A DNA stretch of 64,000 nucleotides, taken from NCBI RefSeq assembly GCF_009914755.1, contig NC_060936.1, one strand, 5' to 3'. The translations under genes and the position numbers were made by a program. The stretch is from the human T2T-CHM13v2.0 reference genome, Homo sapiens. Every line of letters begins with the position of its first letter. Within the stretch, counting starts at the first letter, position 1. Positions 48,634 to 64,000 of the stretch are shown one piece after another. The notes beneath the pieces were generated by a model. It worked only from the letters and a program-made list of their open reading frames with translations, did no database searches and was not told the origin of the DNA.

Positions 48634-48822
48634 TCATTTCACTGCACCCAGCTTTTTCAGCAGTTTCTTGCCTTTGGAAAGCAGCCCCTTTTTCTTTTTC
48701 GAGGACATTTCCCTGCCTCTCCCAGGACTACCAGAACCCATAGATGACGTAGGTGACCCCGAATGGAGATGGACTGTGGGGGATGGAGCTCTCCTTGCTG
48801 TACCTGAACCCTCAGGAGGAAC
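48634..48822 (-). CDS. RIMBP2: RIMBP2 terminal exon CDS: VPPEGSGTARRAPSPTVHLHSGSPTSSMGSGSPGRGREMSSKKKKGLLSKGKKLLKKLGAVK*
   Basis: tag acceptor 48825-48823, phase 0 with the 50952 donor, 63 codons to TGA. Confidence 0.9.
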   Translation of the reverse strand, partial: VPPEGSGTARRAPSPTVHLHSGSPTSSMGSGSPGRGREMSSKKKKGLLSKGKKLLKKLGAVK

Positions 48823-50407
48823 CTAGTAGGTACAGTGTTACAGTTTATTGAGTGTGTGAGCGCCAACAACAGAATTCACTTGGTAACATCGTACTGTCCC
48901 CGTTTCCCACCAGGAAAGGTCAGGGGGGTTCATTTGTTCTTTCAGTTGTTGAAGTATGCCATGAGAAGCAAAGGTCCTCTCCCACAGCACGCCAGAGAGA
49001 GGCCCCAGACATAAATGTGTGGGTTCCGTTTCTCTGTCTCGAGGGAGTGCGGGGTGGCCGTTGCTTTGGCAAAGCTAAGGCAGGTAATAATTCACTTCAT
49101 AAATGAAGACTAAGGGCAGGGGAGACATGATCTGAAATTAGGTTGATAGTAAAGTTGGCCGAGTACCCATCAGTAGTCTTAAAAAGCGAAAGTTCATAAA
49201 GGGAATTTTGTTGTATTTGAAACTATTTGGTTATATAAAATCCTGATATTGTTAAAGTGCATTCCTGGGGTGGTTGGTATACTATAGAAATATTGGAGAT
49301 GGCACACTGGTTGAAAGAAAAAAAAAAACTAAAATGAACCTTAATTATAATCAAAGAAAGCTTAAAGGCCCTTAGTGGATGCTTGCATTATTTCCAAATA
49401 ATTGAACATGAATCTTCCTCAGTAGATAGCACATGGTAGTATTTAAATATACGTTAAGCGCTTAATAGTGCTTCAGAGGGGTAGACTTTTACTCTAATAC
49501 GCTGCAGGACGACTTCACCTCGCTTCCCTTTACAGCTAAGCATGTGCCTGAGTTGGCAGTGCAGCAGCATTCCTCTGGCCCTACCTCTCCAGAGCAACTC
49601 TTGCCATGTGAGTGTTTAGTATTCAGCAGGCAAATGCTGTAAGCCAAGGGGCTTCAAGCTTGCTTGGATTTAAAATCAAGGTCTAATTCTAATGGAAAAC
49701 ACCTAGTAAAGCATCCCAAAGTACACCTGAAGATACCATCTATTCCATCTAATGTGATCATTTGAGCTGCGTGCTTCATCAACTTAGTATTGCATTGGTA
49801 TACCAACAACAAACGCGTGTTGCAGCAACTTCTGTCACAGGATGATTGTGCTTTGAGGAGGAGCATAGCTCTCTCGTAAGGTAGAGGCAGGGTTACTTAA
49901 GGAAAACACGTTCTGGCCACTCGAGCCAGTGTTTGGAGTGTTCAGAGCCAACACTCGATCACCTGTGTTCACTACTCATCTGCTTGACCTTGGGTTAAGT
50001 TTCTAAAGTAAAGCTTCCTATAGTAAACATGTTTGTTAGGTTGTGCTTTTTCCAAGAGTGGCTAACAATGCAATATGCAGCTCTCTCTATGTAAACACAC
50101 AGTTAGCTTGTTAAGAAATATGTTCCCAATGTTGGCCTTTCAAATATTCTTAATGCAAATAGTAGGAAATGATTATTAAAGATGATTTGCTTCACTATAA
50201 ATTCAGTTGCTTTACAACTGAGACCAAGTAATATTCTAATTATTTAGGTCCAATAGTTTTTTGAGACATATTTCTTTGTATCTTTTTTTTTTTTTAACCC
50301 CACAATGAAGCCTTAAGTCTACCACACTGGCCCGGTTAAGGTAGCTTAAGTTGGTATCTTTATCGGTATCTTCAGTTGCTCACTTACGTGAAGGCTACAT
50401 TGCCTGA

Positions 50408-50434
50408 TTAAGGTGTGAAATGAACACTCTTCTT
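50408..50434 (-). CDS. RIMBP2: RIMBP2 alternative C-terminus KKSVHFTP*, coding part of a 47-nt cassette exon (50388-50434)
   Basis: aaacag acceptor, TAA at 50410-50408, CAC|gtaagt donor at 50387; matches the C-terminus I recall for the short RIMBP2 isoform. Confidence 0.88.
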   Translation of the reverse strand, partial: KKSVHFTP

Positions 50435-50951
50435 CTGTTTCCAAGCAGATGAGCAAAGAAATAAAAATATATATATAAAAATATAATATAGAAAAACTTG
50501 CAGTGATGAAATAAAATAAAAATGAGATACTAAACATGAATGTAGTCTAATAGTTCAATATGCTTGAGAAGCCCTTGGATCCTTGTGAAGAGACTAAAGT
50601 CCTAACAGAGGGCAAATAACCTCCATTGCCCACCAAATCTGAAGAGGAGCCATCCCCTTTTCACTCTTGATCAAACTGAAATGTGCTTCTATAATGTAGG
50701 ATGGGACATTTCTTTGTGAGTAAAGGCAGATTGATTGATTAGAATTGAAAGGGTCTTTTTTTGTAAAATGAGTAAGATTTAGAATTAAGAATTTTTAGGT
50801 ACAACTCCCATGGCTTCAGGGCAGAGAAAAAAAATTCAGGGTGTATTTACGCTTTTCGGCCCAAGATATAAAAATATCAGTGCAAAGATTGTATTAGACC
50901 ACATATGGCAGAACGGGACAGAGATTAAAAAGGCTAAATAGGTTTGCTTAC

Positions 50952-51086
50952 CCTTTTTGCCTTTGAGCGCATTGGCGTATCTTGAGAGTAGTGGGATGGA
51001 GCATCAGAAAGATAGACTTCTACGTCATCAGGCACTTCTTCCAAGAAGTTTGAGGGCACAAGGCCTTTCTGCCCGTTCAGCTCCCC
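50952..51086 (-). CDS. RIMBP2: RIMBP2 exon (third SH3 end): GELNGQKGLVPSNFLEEVPDDVEVYLSDAPSHYSQDTPMRSKAKR
   Basis: tag acceptor, gtaagc donor; 135 nt; GLVPSNF SH3 motif. Confidence 0.96.
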
Positions 51087-51230
51087 CTAAAACACCAGGG
51101 GTGAGGCAGAAGAACTATTTATTTTTCTAGAAACCCACATCTTGCTTTGGCTAAAGGAATACAGCTCAGAGTACAGGTACATGGTGAGTTTATTCTGGTT
51201 CAAAAGTGGCAGGACTTGAAAGGACTCTAA

Positions 51231-51548
51231 ATCAGGGTTTCCAAATTTTCCTCAGCAACATGCAGAGTCCTAAGCCCCTTTCCTGGGGTCTTGATTTCTC
51301 CTGTTCAGTGAGGAGCTGAGGAATCTGCCTTTTGGCCAAAGAGCCCCTGGGATTCTTAGGATCAGGCTTCTGAAGGAAACACTCCTTGGCAGATCTCATT
51401 TAGTGGTTCTCGGGCCTGGCTGATCTGAGGCACTAGGGAGCTGCTAAAAACACATCGCTCAGCACACCAGCCCAGACCAATGATGGACACCTTCAGACGG
51501 TGGGGACCTGGTGGTCCTAACATGCCAGCAAGCTTGAGCGCTACTGGT
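51231..51548. mobile_element. Two adjacent MER5-like hAT MITE remnants
   Basis: cagggtttccaaa...ggaatctgcctttt...ggaaacact and tagtggttctc...ttgagcgctactg. Confidence 0.5.
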
Positions 51549-51849
51549 CTACTCAGCCTTAAGACTGTCCTCCCTCTTACTCATGGATAGGTTATTATCG
51601 TAAACATTCAAACAATATGGAGAAAATGAAAGTGTCTGTTGATAACCTCCTCAGACATTACTGCTTCAGGTTGGTATATATCCTTCCAGATCTTTCTACT
51701 CATTTACATATCTATGCCTTGTCTAAAGTCGAGATCCATGAGTCCATCTGCCTGCTGGTCATCTGCACCAAGTGGCTCACAGGCCTACCACGTCACTTCT
51801 TCCCCAAACTCATCTGCCCATAAAGTGCCTAAACCAAGTTCAAAATTGG

Positions 51850-52730
<881 letters not shown>

Positions 52731-54399
52731 TGGAAGAGGCAGCCCCACATACTTCCTGCATCTTCCTGTTCAGCAACGCTGCCAGGTGCACACTCACTGC
52801 CCTGCCCCGCCCCACTCTTCTGCTTGGACCTTGAAGGTCCTACTCTTATTTACCTGTGACTGCCCTGCGCCTTCTCTCACCGGCTCCATTATTAGCTTAT
52901 TTTTCTCTGTTGACATTACAGACTATTTCTAGGCCACCTATCCTTTTTACTGTGCATGTGCCCCTGGCGATTTCTTCCTATCGAGGGTTTTTAATAACAT
53001 CTAAATACGAAGACACTCAAAAGTTATAACCAGTCAAGTCCCCCCTCATTAGGTCCAACAGCCAGATTTCTCTGCCAGCCTTAGAAAAGATTCTTCCTCT
53101 GGCTGAGCACCAGATGGAGTAGTTGGCTTATATTTGGGGAGTGTGTTCTGTGAACACACACAATGTTATGCACACATCTCCGCTGGTGTCATGCTCACAC
53201 CACAAGAGGCGTGTGTACCCCAGCCTGCAGAGGCTCCTGTAGAGCCAGGCCTCCAGGCCAGCCCCTGCTCTGGCTGAGTAGAATGTGGGTGGAACTGCCT
53301 GCACTGGTTATTGCTCTTGTTCTTTTGGGCTGAACACACACAGCCCTAGTAAAATCCACGTCAGAACGCACATGTACCATGTCACTCCCTTCCCCATGTC
53401 TGATGCCTCTACCACTGCGTGCTACTGCGTCCAAAGTGACGACGGGAGCTGCTCGCGGTGTGAATACTGCTTTGGCCTAAGTTCCGTTCTGTTTGGAGAG
53501 GCTCAGAGGTCCTGTTCACACCCCTCAAGCTCAAGAGTTTCTAAGCCAGGTTTTCCATTCAACGTTGTTCTTATCCTTGCGTTCTCAAGGGCACCCATCA
53601 CCTAGGTCAGAATCGAAGGCTCCCCCGGACGACATTCTCTGTCCCTCTGACTGGCAGTCAGAACGCTGGATAAGATCATCTTGAGTCTACCTTCCCCTGG
53701 TACTGACGTATTTCGGGCCATGTTTCCTGCCTGGAGGGTTCCATATAGCATGTTTCCCAGCCTCCTGGACCCACTCCCATCCCCCTTCAAAAGTGTACCA
53801 TCAAAACCCTTTACAGAATAACTTTCTCTAAAAAAATTTCACCTTGACCTTTCCCTCCTCAGTCCCTCCATAATTTGATCTCTGCTTCTCTCCTACGCCT
53901 CATTTCCCACCATTTCTCTGTTTGCGGCCAAACAGTAACTACCTGGAGGCCTAATGTCCAGACAGAATGGGAATAGGCTGAAAGGCAGAAAACACCAAAA
54001 TCGATCCCCTCCCAGTTTTCTCTGTGCCCCAGTCAGTGAGACATCCACTCGTGTTTGCACACTCCTCTGGATTATCTCCCGTACCTTAGTACGCCACGTG
54101 ATGGCTTGCTTTTGACATAGGAAGGTACAGGATTTAAGGTTTCAGATACCGAGATGCTGGGCTATAGCAAGAACAGCACACGCTTTAAAACACGATGGGG
54201 TGTTAGAAGTCTTCAGTGACTTAATGGGGGCTGATGTAAATTATGAAATAGCAAAAGGAGGAAAAGGCCAGGGAGGACAGCAGGAGTCCCTCGGGGGTCC
54301 CTGCTTACGCTTGTTTTACTGATATGGGATATAGCAGAACAGAGAAAGAGGAGGGTGATATTACAATATTAGGACCGGTGGAGTATTTGAATTCGCTCT

Positions 54400-56570
<2,171 letters not shown>

Positions 56571-57450
56571 AGAAACCAGGCAGAGGAGAGAGCCTGGGAA
56601 TCCTACACATGCCTGCGGCTGTAGCATGTTTGACTTGAAGAGAAACCTACCGTCCAGGATGTCATCAGTTCTTGCCGATTCTGATAAAGGCGGTGGGGGA
56701 GCAGGTGGAAACACATGTGCAAGGTGGGGACCCCCACTGGGCTCTGCGCAGGGTCCTAAGTGGCCCTGTGGGCTTCTGGTCAGGGAGGGGCAGCTACTTG
56801 TAAAGATGCCCCAGCTGCGGAAACTCTGAGATAACCCCACCCCATTCCCTCCCTTTGCCCCAGGGAGTATTCAAGACATGCTCCAGGGGAACAGAAAAGG
56901 AGGGAGGGTGGCTCTGAGGTCCCTGCCAGGAATCACCAGCAGCAAGGGGTGGGGGCGGGGTGGGGGGTTCCAAGCTGCTAACAGCAGTTGGCTCTAGAAA
57001 AAAGGTAAGGGAGAAGTCCTAAAATCTGTGGGGTTTTAGGTTTTTGTTTTGTTTTGTTTTGTTTTTGCTTATTTGTATTTCTTCCTTTTCCTAAAATTTA
57101 TTTTTGACCTATACAGTTAAGTAATCTAGAAACTTAAATTGTTTTGTAAATGTTTGGGTGGCAGCAATTTAAAAAATAAGAATATGAATGTATTTGTTTT
57201 GTTTACAGTGCATATACATTGAAAACACTAGTATTAGCAAGGAAGAAACAATGAAGTTCACAGTCCCAACTTTCTAGATTATCTATAACTCAGCAAAGTT
57301 CTATAACTCAGCCAATTAAGCAAAGCTATCAGCAGGCGTATGACGTTCATGCCCAATTTTAAGAGAAGGAACGGACTAGCAAAACAAAACACACAAAATA
57401 AATGAAAATACAAAAATCAAATGGTACTTCTTGATATTTCAAAAACTTAC

Positions 57451-57522
57451 ATAATAAAATCCATCTTCATCAATTTCACCAAAAACTGTAATAATATCTC
57501 CTGTGCAAAATGTAAGTTCGGC
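57451..57522 (-). CDS. RIMBP2: RIMBP2 exon (third SH3): AELTFCTGDIITVFGEIDEDGFYY
   Basis: cag acceptor, gtaagt donor; 72 nt, phase 0-0; ELxF..GD motif. Confidence 0.96.
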
Positions 57523-57925
57523 CTGTGGAGATGAAACATAAAATTAATCGTATTTTTCTACACAACAGTAGTAGTTTTTTAAAAATAAGTTCTCTATGCT
57601 TTCCCTTACTATTTGAGAATTTCTGGTATTAATCTACTCTTTCAGTCAAATAAAGGTAGAAGCTAATGAATGGCTCTGTCCACAGTCTTCTAGAAAGTAA
57701 GAACAAACCAAGATAATGTGCACCTAAAAGGAAAATGCTGCAGTGCTTTGATTTTGGCCAAAATTCAAGATTATTACCATGTTCTACTGATAATACATTT
57801 TTAAAGCTAGTGAAATGGTTAATTGTAAAAACCTGGAATATTAGGGAAATGTTCTCTGCAGTATAAGGACCATTACGTAAATATCCTTTCACTGAGTATT
57901 TTAAAACCTACTCAATTATTAATGA

Positions 57926-58218
<293 letters not shown>

Positions 58219-59003
58219 TAAACATCTCTTTATTCAGTGTCTACGATGGGCCGGGCTGCAGCCCCAAAGCAGGCGGTGTCAAACACGCCCCACTGCCCTC
58301 AGGGGTCCAACTGACCCAGCACATTTCAGTTCCCAGTCACCCAGCAGAACATGGAAGCAGAAATCTAGACAATATTCACAACCAAACACATTTTCTTTCT
58401 AAATGTCAAAATGAGGGAATATAGTTGGTGAGCCAGTGGCTTGTCAGAGCAAAGTACTGTGTAACATGGGTTCACATACATCTTGTCATCTCAGCTAGTA
58501 GCTGCAGAGACTGGAGACCCCACCTCTCATTTCTGAAGGCAGTGGTTTCAGCCTTCAAGACACCAGGCATCCCAAGCTGTGCCGGGCGACACAACCTCAC
58601 CTATCACTGCTTTCCTCTCTACTGTTCTATGTGTGGGGCCTGACTGCTTTGCTTTTGTTTGCTGACCACATGTGATGGGCTTTTATTTCTCTCCTAAAGA
58701 TGGCCCTCAGGTGGCATCACCATTAGATGTGGATGACAGATTGTTCTTTCTGTCATGGCACAGGAAAATCTGGGCCATGGGGACAGGGCTTGTCAGGGGC
58801 TGGCCATGTCCCTGGGAATCCCATGATTTCTCTCCTGCGTGGCCATGTCTGTATCAGCCATCCCTCGGATCGGCAGCCCTTCCTACGGATGGTTCGGAGA
58901 GAAGGAATGAGGAGGTGAACACACGTGGCCTCAGTGTGGTGTACCACGAGGGAAGGGAAGGGTGTGGTTGTGTCCGTCATGAAGTGCAGTGTTTGGCTGG
59001 TAC

Positions 59004-59107
59004 CTCGACATCGACGTTGGGCGAGCTTTCTCTGGGGTCGTAGTCATACAGGGCCACCATTCTCCGCGTCGATACCGAATGACGCCTGCCACTTCTCCTG
59101 CTTCTCT
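59004..59107 (-). CDS. RIMBP2: RIMBP2 exon (start of third SH3): RSRRSGRRHSVSTRRMVALYDYDPRESSPNVDVE
   Basis: cag acceptor 59110-59108, gt donor 59003-59002; SH3 ALYDY motif with the RIM-BP-type SPN insert. Confidence 0.96.
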
Positions 59108-60379
59108 CTGTTCAGATCACAAGGGGGAAAGAAATCCATCATGAGGTTATTTCAAACTTAGCGGTGTTCCCCTCCTTCCGGGTCACACATGGCCAATACA
59201 GCCGAGACCTGGCACTGCTAACAGGGCCACGTGCTCCTGGGCACTCACATCAGCAAACGTCTCTACTTTGGGTCAGTGGTCTGGGACTCCATATTCTTAT
59301 ATTTTTGCTGTAGTATGGTTTCTCCCCCTTAGACTAACATGAACCTTTTCCTTCCTCCAGTCTGTCCATTAAACCAGTGAGACTCACATGAAGCACGGGG
59401 CTCTCGAACAGCAAATTTAGACGGCTTTGGCCAGCACGGGGAGGCCGTGGCTTGGGAGGCCCTGCAGAGTGCACGGTTGTGACATTGCTCTGGGAAGGCC
59501 CCATAGACACAGTTTTAAAAGTGCCTGTTTGTGTAACTATGGTGGCGCTACAAAATCAAGTCATGCTCCCCTAAGCGTAGGCAAAACTAAGGCACTGTCC
59601 TCAGGAGAAGCACGAACATAAACAGGGATGCCTTCTCCACCCAGCCCAGTGGCTTCCCTCATGCTGCTTCCCTGGCATCCTTCCATTGTGGTTTAGCAGC
59701 GGCCGTAGAGAAGATCCCAGCTCTGCACAGTTGACTTAGAGGTGCATTCCCACGGCCTGGCTCTGTCTCTGCCACAGATCGGGGCCTGGGCATCATCCCA
59801 GCACACTCAGAAGCATAAGAAGGGGCTGCAGAGGAATTGCCCTAGGCTCTGCCCAGCGTGAGCGCTCCACACAGATAACAGGTGAACACTCTCAGGACGT
59901 AAGGAGGCCTCAGTGCAGAGCCGCAGAACCTGGCCCAATCACGAAACCCCTGTCAGACTGAAGGGGTGGGGCTGTGAAGGACTTTCCTCCTGGCGAAAGT
60001 TGGCATTTATGTGTTTCTTCTAAACACAGCCACTTTTTGCTTACATTTGATTTGGGGAATTCCAAACATACAGATGAAAACTATCAAAGGCAAATATCTC
60101 AACGGCAACTAAAGTCAGCGATGTGGCTTTTCAGTGGTTTTCAGCAGGTACAGGGGCCAGCTGTGTAGCCCTGCAACATTCCAGCGATTACTCTCCCCTT
60201 GGGTTCTGGTTAGGAGCCACTGCTGTAGTTTACAGGACGCACACACGCCTCTGTGCACATGTGTCCTCTGCAGGACCTGCACATGTGTGTCTCCTCCAGA
60301 GGTTCGTGTTTCTCAGCATTGTTCATGTTACAGGGAATGTTACAAGTATGACTTTTGAAAGGTGGCATAACAACATACA

Positions 60380-62755
<2,376 letters not shown>

Positions 62756-63902
62756 TTCTGGCAGTGCGGCAGGGGGCACATAGATATATCAGGCTAGGTT
62801 CCCTTGGCCATCGACATTTAGAAAAATAGCATAAAAAAATTTTAATCTAACTGATAAATCAAGTTACCGTTCCTTAACAGAAATTCTTGTATACTTTCTG
62901 GGTCTGTGGTGTACAGGGCCTGTGCTCTCTTTGAAAGAGTCTTAGTCAACTTCGGGAAAGGAGATCTTAACAAAAGTGAGTAGAGGGGATAAAGGGCTCA
63001 AAGATCTTCGATCTCATGGATTTAATGTGGGCGATATATTCACACTAAACTTCGACTATTAGATGTGGATTCTGTCTTGAAACAATGCGTTTATTAATGC
63101 CAAAAAAGGTTGAAATGTTTTGATTTTGTGATTGATTATCCTTAAAATTATGTATATTCTTTGAAGCACAGAATTTTGTCTTTGAAGTCTGATTTAGAAG
63201 CTAATCAAGTTTTGAAGTATTAAACCTTAAATATGAATGATATAAAACTGATATCTCTCTACAGCTTTTTAGAAAAAGCAGAGGCTTTTTTTGAGACTAC
63301 AGAGGCTTTTTTTAATGAGGACATTGTTATTGCACGTGGAAAAAAATTTAAAACTCATAAATGTAATGTTGCTTAAAAAATCACTGAAAATAGTTTTGCT
63401 GCATTCTCACTGGTGCTTGCAGACTGGCTTAAGATAAATGAAGGAGTTTCATGTCTACCCAAACTAAAGAGAAAAGAGCTTGTGCCTCTTGGATAAGCAA
63501 AGGTCACCTAAAGAATGAAAGGCATAGCGGCCCCCCAACCACCCACTGAAATTTATTGTAGACAGGCTGATGTTCAAACCGTATTACCAGAAAGCAGCTA
63601 ATCATGTGTTTTCTAGATGCGATAAATTGTTTGCAAGCAAGACGGTACTTCATCGCCCATTAGATCATCTGTGTCTTCACACTTAGGTGTATCTGTGTCC
63701 CTAAAGCACACAGGAGACTACTGGCAGTCCTGGTTTGTAGGGTGGCTTTTGCCCAAGAAAAATCACTGGTCAACATTTACATGACTTTGGCATATTTAAA
63801 TGATGCAATTTGGGGTCTCCTCATCACCGCCTGCCTCTCTGAGCGGCAGGTGTTTTGTGGGATAAAATGCACAGGGAAGGTCGAATAGGGGTTTGCGCTT
63901 AC

Positions 63903-64000
63903 CTATTTTCTCCACAGGTGTATTCAGAGGGAGAAAGCCCTGTCTAAGAAGCTGATCCATCATCTCCTCATCATCTGCTTGTATCTCAGAGACCATGTTA
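63903..64000 (-). CDS. RIMBP2: RIMBP2 exon (partial, end of second SH3): NMVSEIQADDEEMMDQLLRQGFLPLNTPVEKI(E)
   Basis: Minus-strand donor G|gtaagc at 63902; exon runs off the window. Confidence 0.92.

Overview
This is mammalian genomic DNA (Alu, L1, L2, MIR and MER repeats; GT-AG introns). I recognise it as the human PIWIL1-RIMBP2 convergent locus on distal 12q. + strand: the last 14 coding exons of PIWIL1/HIWI (840-23205). They join in frame into 1852 nt, which fits residues ~245-861 of the 861-aa protein as I recall it (PAZ, MID and PIWI domains; intact D-E-D-H slicer tetrad). The 3'UTR has AATAAA at 23909. - strand: the 3' end of RIMBP2 (end of the second SH3, third SH3, two alternative C-termini, 3'UTR to ~47405). 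The ~23 kb between the genes holds old LINEs, an LTR, DNA transposon remnants and three minisatellites (44, 33/34 and ~61 bp units). There are no prokaryotic systems, CRISPR arrays, tRNA or rRNA genes, and I cannot support a wholly new gene system. The strongest leads are regulatory or splicing features: (1) a 47-nt stop-containing RIMBP2 cassette exon that swaps a polybasic amphipathic tail for an RVxF-type PP1-docking tail; (2) a truncated Alu whose target-site duplication copied a PIWIL1 5' splice donor; (3) an intronic poly(A) signal that would give a slicer-dead PIWIL1; (4) a palindromic 61-bp VNTR carrying about 30 MYB/CRE/E-box motif sets downstream of an A-MYB target gene; (5) an LTR followed by strong + strand splice signals in the intergenic gap. 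Repeat subfamilies were assigned by eye, and boundaries of old repeats are approximate.
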